NCBI RefSeq assembly: GCF_009914755.1
Contig: NC_060926.1
Length of the DNA: 64,000 bases
Source: the human T2T-CHM13v2.0 reference genome, Homo sapiens
Direction: 5' to 3' (one strand)
How positions within the stretch are numbered: position 1 is the first letter of the stretch; every line of letters begins with the position of its first letter. A program made the translations under genes and the position numbers. Below the pieces are notes generated by a model. The model made no database searches. It was given only the letters and a program-made list of their open reading frames with translations, and was not told the origin of the DNA. Shown one piece after another: positions 1-12,198 of the stretch.

Positions 1-235
1 TCCATTCACCAGCCGAGAGGCTTTTCCATTGTTTCCACTTTTTGGCTGTGATAAATAAAGCTGCTATGAACATCTGTGTACAAGCCTTTGACTGGACATA
101 TATTTCTCTTTCTCTTTAGGTATATGCCTAGGAGTGGAATTGCTGATTTGTGTGGTACATTTATGTTTACTTGTTGTAAAAACTGCTAAATCTATTTCCC
201 AAAGTGCTGCACCATTTTCCATTCCACAGCCATGG
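1..235 (-). mobile_element. Old L1 (L1M) fragment, ORF2 3' end
   Basis: 'gctgctatgaacat', 'cctaggagtggaattgctg' and 'accattttccattcc' are typical antisense L1 3'-ORF2 sequence. Confidence 0.8.
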
Positions 236-1178
236 ATTTTATAGACTGTGAGGTCCCGATGCAAATCCTAGGGCCACCCATACAAGCAGACAGAGCCCAA
301 TTTAGGGTCCTGGAACCAGCCTAGGTGTAAAATGAAGCCATCTGGGGATGGGGGGGACTGAGTCAAGCTCAGCCTCTCTGCAGCTTCTGATGTCTGAGAA
401 ACAGGTGGGCAAGAAATCAGCTGTTCTACTTTCTAATCCAGAAAAACATTGCCCTCTGGGACCTAGAGCACTTGTTAGGGGAAAATCAGCAAAGTGGCGA
501 TAACACCAAAAGGAAAAACAGAAACACACTGTGGAGACGTCAAGGGCGATCTCAGCAAAGGAAGAAAACCAGCTTGAGAAGGCAGCAGTAAAGGCAGTTG
601 GCCTGCAGCTCCCATGCTCCGGAAGCCTTTAGTTCCCACTGCCAGCATCCTCAGAGCCCTTTCCGACTACCTCGGAGGCCAGCGAGAGGATAATGGGGTG
701 ATGGCAAGGGGGAGCCCCAGGACTCAGCTGCCTATGGCTCTGAACAGACAGTGCTGGTCCAGCCAGGGAAGGCCTTCTCCAGAGGGGCACTGCTGGAGGA
801 AGGAAGGAAGGAACGCCGCTGCCCGCCTGCCAGCCAGGATAGCTCTGAGTGTCACCAGCTCTCCAGTTTGTGCCACATGTTATCTAAGGAGTCATTTCAC
901 TATTTAATAAAGAGATCCAGCTTTTGATAGAGAGAATTTGACATGTCTGGCAGCAGCTGCAAAGGACAGAACTTTATAATGATGGCCCGTGGTGGGTGTC
1001 TACACACACAACTGCCTGCCCAGCTTCCTCCTGACACGTCCCCTCACATGGGAGTGAAACCGACATGGCACTGCTGAAACACACAGAGTACACAGGGATG
1101 GCACAGGGGGCATGCCTTGCAGAATGGAATGGGCCTCTGCTTGCTGCTGAATGCCACGTGCTCAGGACAGGTGGTAAC

Positions 1179-1658
1179 TGTACTGGGTCGAATTGCGTCC
1201 CTTCAAATTCATGTCCACAAGGACCCTGTGAAGGTGCTCCTATTTGGAAATAGGGCCTTTGCAGGTATAATTAAAGGGAAATGAGGTCATATCAGATTAC
1301 AGTGGGCCGTAATCCAATGACTGGTATTCTTTCCTATAAGAGGGAAATTTGGGCACAGACACAGAGAAGACACCGTGTGAAGACACAGACACAGAGGAGA
1401 GAAACTCATATGAAGACAAAGGCAGAGGCTGGGGTGATACAGCTATAAACCAAGGGACCCCAAGTGTTGCCAGGAAACCCCCAGAAGCCAGGACAAAACA
1501 AAGTAGGATCCTTCCCTAGAGATTTCAGAGGGACCATGGCCCTACTAACACCTTGATTTTAGACTCGTGACCCCCAGAACTGTGAGATAATACATTCCTG
1601 TGGTTTAAAGCCACCCAGTTTATGGTGCTTTGCCAAGGCAGCTCCAGGAAATGGAACA
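1179..1658 (+). mobile_element. MaLR solo LTR, MLT1C-like
   Basis: TG...CA ends; 'tatttggaaatagggcctttgcag', 'ccagaactgtgaga' and 'aagccacccagttt' MLT1 motifs. Subfamily from memory. Confidence 0.8.
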
Positions 1659-3904
1659 AAAGCTGAGCCCAGGCTGCAGGTAACAAACTGTCCATGCTGG
1701 CAGGTGGCAGAGGGGGAAGGACAGGCAGAGAGGGCCGCATGGAGGAGGCACCTCCTTTAGTTGTGCCTGAGGTTCAGGCAGAAGGCCCAGAGAACAGAAG
1801 TGAAACTAGAGGCTCAGCATGGCTCCTGGTAGAATTGGCTTTAATGGCTCAAGTTTTTTCATCTTTGCTTCCTCCAACTTGCCTGGAACAGGTACTGCAC
1901 ACGGTAGGTGACCATTACGTGCTTAGTGTTTATGGATGAGCTCTGCATGTGGGAAAATAAACGACATGATTGGCCAGTTGGCCTGGAGAGAGCTAGCCCA
2001 GCTTTATTTAAAAAGCCATTCAGAGGCGGCTGCTATGTGCTGAGTTGGCAGAGAAGCATCAGGCCTCTGAAAGTCATCAATAAAGAGTCGGCTTACCGAG
2101 GCCACATGCTGAGCCCATAATCTCACTTCAGAAGCTGTAGCTTTAGCCTGAGCATGACCCGACACATGAAATTGCTTGGCTCTTCCCAGTAGCCAGAGCC
2201 ACAGAGCACAGGAGTGAGAGGCCAGCCACAGAGGAGGGTGGATATCTGTGTACCGCGTGGGATTCTGTGTGTCGCAGCGCCAGGCCTGGCATAGAAGTCA
2301 GTGGTCAGCACTGGGGCTGGGGACTTGACTGAGCTGTTGACAGGCCTGTTGATCACTTGCCCAGTGGCCTGCCACCTCCTGTTAGGAGCTAGCTGGTACC
2401 GGGCAGGGAAGTCCCTCTGTGAGGATCTAGCATGACCAGTCCACTGAAATTCCTTCAGGCACGTAGAGGACTTTATAGTCTACCTGGCTTCCTCCCAGGA
2501 CCCAGGGTGGGTAAGTCTCTTCACTTGGCACTGTGGGGTGAGGGGATATCACACAGCCAAGCTGGACTGGAACCCTGGCTGTTTGTGCCCACAGAACCCG
2601 GCTGCTGCTTCACAGGATGCTGTGGGCTGCATGAGAACTCAAGGGCCAGTCCCTACTGCTCCTCCACCGGCCCCTGGATCAGCTTCCCCACCGGCCCCTC
2701 AGTCAGCTTCCCCAACTGCAAGGCCTTAGCGTGCTGAGCAGGGAATGGTTTGGAGCGATCAGAGTTTGTAGTGAGTGGGACCATTCATAGCTTGATGCTG
2801 AGACTTCAGCTCCTTGAGGAGGCTCTGAGCATTGACTATGTTTGCTCTGGGCAGCTGTGAACCCACATGAAGCCAATAGCAGCAGGCAGGACCACTATGT
2901 GGGGACATGCTGGTAGCTCTGTTACCCTCTCTGTTTCCCAGGATTGGCTCAGCTAGGCAGCTGGTGAGCTAGAGAAATGGGAATGACCCTCCACATCAGC
3001 CTGACACCGGGTATTAAATCACTGCACCAAGTATGTCAACACAACGCCCAGGTGGCCGCTGGACAATAAGGCCACAGGGCCCCAGAGAGTGGCTGGACTT
3101 TGCTGTCTCGTCTGTACCTTGTGTGAGAGCTTGAGACTCAGAGGAGCCCGTGGGGCACATGGAGGTGAACTTAGTCCCAGATACATTGTATGGACGTGGT
3201 CATGGGACACCAGTACTCAACAGGTAGGTGCTCTCCAGGGGGGCCCATGACACAGGCCTGGCCAGGGAAGGCCCTAGGGACTTTCCAGAACTGGCCTGAG
3301 TTCCCAGCTTCCTAAGAGGAACAATGCCGGGAGGAAGGGAGCAGTGGGACCCCAGCCATAGACAGTACATCCTGTCCATGGGCTCACAACAGGCTTCGAA
3401 ATAAACAAGTGTTGTTGTCCCCAGTTAAACTTCTGTTTCCCTTCCACAGGGAACTCTCAGCTGCAGGCTCCTGGCCTGAGCAGACCTTCTCAGAATGGCC
3501 AAACTGCCTGTCCTCAGGAGCCAGGACTCCAGCTCAATCTTAGCTACAAGATTCCAACCAAAATCTTGGGGGGGATAGAGGCCACATTCTGTCCCTGCAG
3601 GAGGCCTCTCAGGCTCCCTGAGAACCTGTTTCTAGTTCTCTAGTGGATTTCAGTTGACAGAACTCTCTACTTCAGCATCCCTGGGTCCCAGGGCTGAAGC
3701 TGCATCTAAGAACCTGAGCCCTGAAGGCCAGGGCGGGTTTGCTGACAGAGGCGCAGGGCCATCTGATGTCAGACCTGAAAGGGCCCCAGGGCCAGTCCAA
3801 GCCTAGACCATCTCCACTGTGGGACAATAGGGGGTAGGTCTGGAGACAGAAAGGGGTCCTCTTTCTTTCTACATGGGTCTTGGCTGTGCAGTTACTGGCC
3901 CGAT

Positions 3905-4011
3905 GACCACACTGGGCCTGGGACTCTGTGCCTCCTCTGCCTTGGTTGGCATAGTGAGGAGTGACCAGAATCCTCCCCTTCCCCTACCCTAAGCAGCAGC
4001 CTGGGTGACTG
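3905..4011 (+). repeat. Inverted repeat arm A (partner 5790-5900)
   Basis: Aligns to the reverse complement of 5790-5900, including a perfect 25-mer ATCCTCCCCTTCCCCTACCCTAAGC (3970-3994). Confidence 0.9.
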
Positions 4012-5141
4012 GGGCAGGGCAGCTTCCCTGGCTGAGTCCATTGTTTTAAAGGACAATCCTCTCCCCCTCTCCCCTCCCTGGTGGTCTGCCATCAGCCTAG
4101 GCACAGAAAAGAACATCATTAACACAGGCTGGAATGGGTCACAGGCACAGGCTTTATCAGGCGACAAGGATCATTGATTGGCCATGAGTCGCAGTCCTGT
4201 GGGTGAAGAACAAGCCACAGATATTGGAGCATCAATATCTGGGGGTCTTTGTGATGGAGTCCAGAGAGTCCAGACCACTGAGGAGGTGGCGTCCACAGTG
4301 GATGAATACACAACGGGCAGGCCAGGTTCTGCCAGTGACCCCAAGCAGAGCACCAGCCCCTGTGGCCACCTACCCCGCTGTGCCCTCTGCTCCTATGTCA
4401 CTTGACCCAAAGCAGGTGGGGAGCAGGAGGCAGGGAGCCAGCATCAGGGTGCAGAAAGGGCAGGGAGGGGACAAAGCCCAGAGGAGAGCTGAAGCCACCT
4501 CTCGGAGGAAGACCTGGCCCCATCCCCTCCCCACTCCTACTGAGACCTTCCGCTGCAGTCAGCAAGGGATGCAGGGCCTGGGGCTGAGTGCTGGGAAGGA
4601 GGGGCGGGTGTGAAGGGGGAAGGCAAATGGGTGGAGCCGGTGCTGGAGCTGTCCCAGAGCTGGCTCAGAGCCCTGGGGAGGGAGCTGACCCTCTGAGCCT
4701 GGGTTAAGACGGAGGAGGAGGGAGTCACCTCTCGACCCCAAAACCACCTGTTTCCTCTCACTCTAGCACTGGTGGAGGGGAAGCTGCTCAGGACAGGGCG
4801 GCACAGCTGGAGAGGGACGTGATCAGATGCAGGACAGAGCAGACAGGTCCTGGCACGGGCCAGGAGCTGAGACACTCAACACTGATGGCTGCAAACCACC
4901 CACACCATCAGCCGGGGGCTCCCTCAGGGCTGGCTTTGGCTTTGGTGTCTATCAGAAAAGGGTCTGGGGTCCTAGTCCCACCCGCTCAATGCTTCTGCCA
5001 GGCAGGACAGGGCCAAGGAGCAATAGTGGTTGCATTTCCTTTAAAACTACTGTTTCATTAAAAAACAAAACAAAACAAAACAAAAAACTAGCTCTGAACA
5101 TGAAGAATTATATCCAAGAAAGACACCTTGACATTTTTTGC

Positions 5142-5147
5142 TTTATT
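5142..5147 (-). terminator. HS1BP3: HS1BP3 polyadenylation signal AATAAA (3' UTR ~5120-6292)
   Basis: TTTATT on the + strand, followed on the - strand by a U/GU-rich tract ((GTTTT)n, 5088-5060). Confidence 0.8.
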
Positions 5148-5789
5148 AAACATCATTCACTGAGAATTTCCAAAGCACTGTGTGGTGCCTAGACCTGTGT
5201 ACCAGCGCTCTGGGGGTCGGGAGAAGTCTAAGGCACGGGCCCTGCCCTGGCGCACGGCTCCTTCTCCCTGGGAAGGCAGCTCCACTGGTGAAAGGCCACT
5301 GACCAAGTCCAGACCCTGAGGACGACGAAGGCCTCGGGGCAGAAGCCTGAGAGAATCATGCCCCACTGGCAGTGGGAGGCGGTGCAGGCTGGGAGCCCTG
5401 CCCAGGCCCCAGGCTGAGCTGTGGGGAAAGCTATGACCCAGTTTGCTGAGAGCTGCAATGACGAACATTGGCTCTGTGCCCAGAGGCCCAAGAAGGCCAC
5501 GGACTGGGCTGGCCTTTCCTGGGAAAGGGGGAAGGAGGAAGAACTGGGGCCTAGCAGGGCCGTCTATACCCTGGAGAGGCAGGGCCTGACTTCTCCCTTT
5601 AGAGCTTGCATCAAGAGGAGGCTCAGGAGAGAGAGACTTGCATCAGAACACTCCAGACAGCCGATCTCCCACTCAGTATTCCTCTCCTGGGAGACCCACC
5701 CAGACCCTGCAGGCCCCTGGCAGCCACGAGGAGCAGAGACCCTGGAGTAATTTGGCTTGGGGACGTCCCCACCCCAGGCCCAGGCCAGT

Positions 5790-5900
5790 CAGTCACCCAG
5801 GCTACAGCTTAGGGTAGGGGAAGGGGAGGATCCCGGTCACTCCTTCTTACTATGCGAACAGAGGCAGAGGAGGGATAGAGGCCCAGCCCCAGTTTGGGTC
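5790..5900 (-). repeat. Inverted repeat arm B, in the HS1BP3 3' UTR (partner 3905-4011)
   Basis: Same alignment. The ORF track echoes it (LRVGEGEDSGHS on - vs LRVGEGEDPGHS on +). Confidence 0.9.
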
Positions 5901-6292
5901 TGTGCTGGGGCTGGCAGAACCCGTGGGCATGAAGCTTCCCTGCCCCATGTGACACCTCGCTACGGCCCCACATGTCTTGCTTCATCCTTGGGGCTGGGCA
6001 TCTGGTTGGCAAGGCATCCCCACACCCTCCCTCCCCTTCATGTCCACGGGGAATAAGACACACTGGGCTCTGGCTCCTAGGGTGAGAGCCGCTCCCGCAG
6101 CCCGCAGGCTTCTACTTTGGCCCCACAGCCCCGGAGAAAATGGAACCATGCAGTTCTGGGTGCTGTGACCCAGGCTTCTGCCTGGCCTCCCCTGGGGGTG
6201 GGGAGGTTCTGACCCTGCAGGGCCCAGTCCCTTCCCTTCACACCGATGTCCCCACAGACAGGCCTGCTGGGCCAGGGGCCAGCATGGAAGGG

Positions 6293-6551
6293 TCAGAAGA
6301 GGCTGGGGGCGGCCTGGGCTGGTGTATCGTGGTCCTGGATGTACTGCAAGATGTCCATCTCGTCCATGGCTTGGATCTGCTCCTGCGGCTTCTGCTGCCC
6401 AGCCACAGCTTCAGCCGGGCCCGCTTTGGGGGGAACAGCTGGTTTTCTGGGTATCACCGGCTTAGCTGCCACTGGTGGCTTGGGCTTAAGCTGGGGCTTG
6501 GGTTTGGGCTCAGCTCCCAGGTTCAGAATCTGGTCCAAGTCCTCTTCAACT
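6293..6551 (-). CDS. HS1BP3: HS1BP3 last coding exon (VEEDLDQILNL...PKPKPQLKPKPP...AQAAPSLF*), Pro/Lys-rich tail
   Basis: Acceptor ccctag| and TGA at 6295-6293. Summed CDS is 1179 nt = 392 aa + stop, matching the HS1BP3 protein as I recall it. Confidence 0.95.
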
Positions 6552-7544
6552 CTAGGGAACCACAGGGAGGAACCCTGAGCATAACACTGCCACCCCGTGA
6601 CAGGAACAAGACCCCAGGCAATGCCAGTGCCCACACGGGGCTGGGCAGCGGCAGGGAGCCCAGCCTCGGCCAGGTCAAGGCCCCGCCCTGCTCTGCCCCA
6701 TTCCACTCTGGCCCCTCCACCCATCCTGCCCAGAGGAGACACGAAGGCCAGGGCTCTCCTTCCCTCCCACCCACAGCAAAGCAGGCACAGGGCAGGCCCC
6801 ACGCAGCCTCCTGAGAGTTGCTCTTCAGGTGACCCCGCTTGACACACGCTGCCTTCTGTAGTGGGCTTTCCCTCCAATCCCTTCAGAAATAACCACCAGC
6901 TACTATGTACAGAGTTCCCGCTCTGTACAGCACTTCAGACACGTTATCATATCTTATCCTCAAAACGCCACTCTGGGGAGGCATGACTGTGCTTCCATCA
7001 CGCAGATGAGGACGCTGGAGTCCCAGGAGGCCGAGTGACCTCGAGGGGATGGTATGTGACAGTGCCTTTGTTGGAAGGAACAGGACATCGGCCCTTAGAA
7101 GCTGAGCCCTCATCCAAAGCAAGTTCAGCCAGAGAAAGAATAACCAGGGGCGCTGAGCCATGGTGGTACAGGCTTGGCCCGCCCACAGTGCCCCGCTGTG
7201 GGCCACACGGGTGCCAGACGGAACCCAGTGAGAGCTGAGGATGGCCTCGGCCAGGGCCCACCAAGACTCTGTCATGACCCCAGACCTCTAATCTCCCACT
7301 GGTGGGTGGGCAAAAAGCCCTGGCAGTGTTACGGTCACTCAGGACCATCCCTGGGTACTGAGGGCAAGAAACAGGCCAGGCCACTGATTCTCCAGAACTT
7401 GATTTCTGGAGACCAGATGCACAGTGGAAGACTCATTCAATCCATTCCACCCACTCAGCTCTGTGCTGAACACCCGTGATGGCCAGACATTTCCACATTC
7501 ATTAACCCATTCAATAATCTCCAAACACTGTGTGGTCGCAGAGA

Positions 7545-7690
7545 TTAGCCCCGTTTTACAGCTGAGAATACTGAGGTGCAGAGAGGCAAAGGGCCTTGCC
7601 CTGAGACCCACAGCTAGTGTGAGGATGAACAGGACTTGGCCTGCATGTGGCTGGTTCTCTGGGGTGTGTTCCCCTGGCTGGGGCACCTAG
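7545..7690 (-). mobile_element. MIR
   Basis: 'ccgttttacagctgagaatactgaggtgcagagagg...cacagctagt' MIR core. Confidence 0.7.
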
Positions 7691-7959
7691 ACTCCAGTGT
7701 CACGGCGAGGTTTTCCCTTGTGCTAACGGGCATCTCTACGTCTATCGCTCAGCCATGCTGGAATCAGGTGAGTGAAGGCAGAAGACCTGTAGCACCCACT
7801 TGGTCTCTACAAGCTTCGGCTTCCTCATCTACAAGCAGGAGTAACAGTGTCACTGGCACTGCTGCACGGAACTGTACACAGAAGCACAGCACTGCAGGAG
7901 GAGAACTGGCTTCCGTTCCTCACCCTGCAACTCCTCCATCAGGCAGCCTCAGGCCACTC

Positions 7960-8065
7960 CTCCTCCCTGGTCCTCAGTCTCTTCTATAAAGTGGGATTGT
8001 ACTTGCTCTACCATCCTCACAGGGATTCTTACAAGGATCAAATAAGACAACACAAGGAAAGTAGT
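7960..8065 (+). mobile_element. MIR
   Basis: 'cctcagtctcttctataaagtggga...ctcacaggga...aggatcaaataag' MIR core and tail. Confidence 0.6.
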
Positions 8066-11000
8066 TTCCAAATGTACAGGAAGGCTGTATGTACTGATGT
8101 CTACTGACAGCCACAGGGGCTGAGCAAGTGGGCATAAGACACAGAAAAGCAGTGCCTCCACCTACAATGAGGGACACCCCCCAGCCCAGTCAGACAGGGG
8201 CCACATAATTGCAAAGGCCTGGAAAGAAGGTGTTGAAGTCCAGAGAAGGGAGTGAGCCCTTGGGCCAGAGCAGGCTGGGAAGGCCTCCTGGGAAGGTGGG
8301 TCTTTTCAGAAGGGTGAGCCTGGCATGAATAGGGGAGAGAATTCTGAAGAAGGGAGCAGACAGCAGAGGTCTGGAGGTGGGAATGAGAATGAACAGGAAG
8401 AACCAGGCAGGCTCATGAGCAGCGGCTTCTTGCCCTGGGGCAGGGCTGGGCAGGGGTGGGGATAGAGAGGCGATACCTCTGATCAGGACAACTCCTGGCA
8501 CTACCAGAGAGCCTGTGTGAGTATGGAGGTGTCCAGCACAGCACCCCCAGGGGTGGATGCCTGCCTGGAGCCAGCTGTGGAAGGAGCTCCGGACACCCTG
8601 CCTGCTTCCTGGCTCAACCTCCTGTGATGGGGCACAAACCCCAGAGAGAGAATTCAGAGTCTGTTTGGATGGCAGAGAAATGAATAAAAGGTGTCCTTCT
8701 TGAACAAACCCAGAGGGACTGGCCCAAGCCGGGCCTTCATAGACAGACCAGCTGTCTTGGGGTAGAGGTGATTTCAGGAGGTGTCACTCATGGCCAGTCT
8801 GCTCCTGGCCACCTCAGGTCAGATGTTCCGGAGCTCCCTCCAAGTGGCAGCCCTTCCTTGACTCCCCCAGGGCAGGTGCCAGCTCCACTGGCATGATGCG
8901 GCCTCCATTGAAGGCTGAGGGTACCTGGGAAAAGCTCAAAGGGACTGAATTATCCTCAAATAGGGGCCCTTTGGAAAATAAAGCAGCCGCTAGAGGCTTA
9001 TGTCAGATTTCAGGATTAGCCTGCTTGGCAAAGCAGTGACTCTTTGGAACTAATCAGCAGCTGGATTTGCTCCCAGGTGGGTGGTGTACACGGGTGGTCA
9101 GCCACGGTGGGAGGCAGCATAGCTGCTCTTGGGACACAGGAGGCTGCAAGGCACCCCTTTTCCAAGCACCCTATTTCTGAGTCATGACTAGGACTAGCTC
9201 TCACTAGCGCAAGGTCCAGCTCTTTTCTCCTCCAGGCCCAGCTGGTGTGAGGTCAACCAGTGGGGGGTAAGGGAGCTCTAAGACCCTGGCCCCATTCCTT
9301 CTCCCTGGGTTCCTGCGGAAGACAAGACTCACCTAAACATCTAGACTAGAGGCCCTGCCCTGGTGTGGCTGCACAGCCAGAAGGAACAAAGCCTTCTTAG
9401 CCTCGACCCGCTCAGTGTACACCCCACGCGGCCTCAGGGTGGCTGAGGCTAGTGACAGAATGAACGAAGGGGTGAAAGCATGAATGAATGAATGGCTATC
9501 AGAACATTCTTTATTATGAGGAAGTCCAACTACTCCCTGGATAGTCACAGGGCAGACACAAAGAATGAATGTGGTTCCTGCTCTCAAGAAGCTAATCCCA
9601 GTGTTACGGCTCTTTTTGAATTTGTCTGAATTTAAAAAAAAGAAAAGCAGTTAATCCTTTCATTAGCAGATGTCTGCTAAAGTGAAGGTGGGGGTGCGGG
9701 ACCCACACTTTTTGAGCAGGGACTCCCCAAGCGCTCTGCGGGATGCTAAGGGGCACCACAGAGCGGGGGGCCCAGGGATGAATGAGAACGTGAAGTGCCA
9801 TGTGGTGCTGGCCCGCGCACTACGAGCCCTGCTTTTTGTGGCATTTCCCCAATTCATCAGCCACAGAGCCCCTTTGAAGATAGCCTTTGACCACCCCACT
9901 GTACCACGTTCTGCAGAACACAGGTTGGGAAGTAACGGATTTAGAATAAACTAGGCCAGAAAGGTCCCACGAGAGCCACCCCACTGGGACACATGGACTC
10001 CTAGACATGCTCGGCCTGGCCCTGCTGCTCCGCAGGCAGACTCTAGTATTTCATTTCCCTGTGCCTCGGTTTCCCTCTAATAAAATAACAATCCTGGTTT
10101 CTTCCAGCCCGCTGGGATGTCAGGAGCGAGGACACAGGATGAGAGTGAACAGATGCCAGGGGCCTTGGGGACATGTAAATACCAGAAGCCGTCACGGTGA
10201 CTCAGGCTTGGCGGGCACTTGCAGGGCTGTCTAATAGCCCGAGGCTGCTAATGAGGGGTACAGATGACAGCCTCCAGGGCCTGCATGCCTTGGTGTCACA
10301 TAAGCCGTTCCTGGAAAGAGGCGGCCTGGCTTCCTCTGAATCCCAGGCACAGTCCTGTGTCCTGGAGCATGGAGTGGGAGCTGGAGACACGCACAACACT
10401 GAGTCTGCTGAGAATGTGGCCAGTGGAGGTAAAGGCCTGGGGAGAACTGGGGGGCTGGGTGGGGAGGCAGATCACCCAGCCAAGTGCTCAGACAGTCCCT
10501 GATGAAGTGGAGAGGCCAGGCCAGGGGCAGAGCAGGGGTCTTAGCCAGGTGGCGTCCCACACTTGATTTCTTATAATATGGAGAAAATAGCATCCACCTT
10601 AGGGGGCTGTCGTGAAGATTACATAAGAGAGCGTGTAAGGAGTCTGGCTTACTGCGTACACAGCAAGGACTCAGGAAATAGGAGCTGTCACCGGCACAGG
10701 TTCTGCCAATTGACCTCCATGTGACAGCTGAGGCCTCATTCTCCCTTCCTTCTGTGAAAGCTGCTGACCGGGCCCTCCGGCAGAGAGGCCATCACCAGGA
10801 CATCTGCACTTTGCCCCCTCGCTGGGTGGGCTGCATGCTGCCATGAGTCCGTTTAATTTGTTCCCAAACTTGCTTATGCCAGTTATACCTGCTCTTGCAA
10901 TTATATAATTTAATTATTCTTTACATAAACTGTTAAAATATGATTGTGAAAAGAAAGACTGGTTGTGCACACAAAGTTCTCTCTTTCTGGAACTAGCTGA

Positions 11001-11201
11001 GCAGCCCTGGGCTGCGGATCCTCCCCCTCAGCCCCCTTCACCGCCTCTCACCCAATGTGCACCCACAGGCTTCTACTTTTCACAGGCCTGGGGTCCTCCC
11101 CTCAGAGGAGGCTGGGGCTGAGACTGGGCAATGAGCCGGGCCCTTGGCTCTGTCCAGGACACTCTCAGAGCTGGCCAAGCGCCGCTGGGGACAGGTGGTA
11201 C

Positions 11202-11337
11202 CTGAACAGTTCCTTGGAGGCGTCCCTGTGGCTGAGGCTGGGTGTGGGCCCTCCACTCTCACAGGCGGCCGGCAGCAGGAGGGAGTCACCCAGGGGGATG
11301 GCCCCGCCGAGGTCAGGATCATCAAATAGCTTCAGGG
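11202..11337 (-). CDS. HS1BP3: HS1BP3 coding exon 6 (PLKLFDDPDLGGAIPLG...ASKELFR)
   Basis: Acceptor cttcccacag| and donor AG|GTACCA. 136 nt, in phase. Confidence 0.93.
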
Positions 11338-12037
11338 CTGTGGGAAGGCAGCAGCAGGGGGGTCAGAGGAAGCCTCTAGGCTGGGATGCCATGGCCGCTC
11401 TCTTTCTGCCCCACCCCAGGAAGTCTTCTGGGCAGTCCTACAGGAATTGATGCCTCTGCTCAACCTGTCATAACTGGTGCTGCTTTGTAACTGTCAGGCA
11501 ATGACCTGTCTCCCCAGGGGCCCCCGGGGCCCTCGGGATAGGGACTAGGGACAGGGACTAGGTCTCACTCCTCAGCATGTTCTTGGGCCTGGCCCTCAGT
11601 GAGGGCTCACCAAGTATGGGCTGAATTAGTGGGTGGCATCAATTCCCCTCACCGGAGGACGACCTGGGCATGTGAGGAAAGGGACCAAGGGATGAGTGGA
11701 GATGTCCCAAGGCCGCTCGGTTTTCCCTCTGCCAACTCTGCACAGAGCCCTCCAGCAGAGTCCATGCAGGCGACACAGAGTCCCATTAAATCCAAACCTA
11801 CAGTCACACATGTGCCCTAGGCAGGCCCTATCGCTTACCACACAAACAGTGCCTGGAAGCCCAGGGCCCACATCTGCCCACAGATGTCATGGAAGCACAA
11901 AGCTGAGTCTATATCACATCTAAACAGGACAGGGGAGATATATGGGTCCTATTCACGCCGGGTGAGTCCAGACCCTGCCTGGTGATGGGGCTGGGCACCG
12001 AGAGGACACCAGGAGCAGACCATGGGGCTCTACTTAC

Positions 12038-12198
12038 GGTCCATGGATGACACGTCCTCCGAGGGGTCCTGTGGAGACAGCTTCCTGCCCGGGCCAAAGA
12101 GCCCCTCATCAGGGTCCACCTCCTCGTCAAAGATGGTGAGCCGGGGCGAGGGCTTGGCTTTCACGGCCACTTTGGGATGTTTCTTGGGCTTCTTGGAG
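12038..12198 (-). CDS. HS1BP3: HS1BP3 coding exon 5 (SKKPKKHPKVAVK...EDVSSMD)
   Basis: Acceptor tctccag| and donor C|GTAAGT. 161 nt; keeps frame with exons 4 and 6. Confidence 0.94.
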
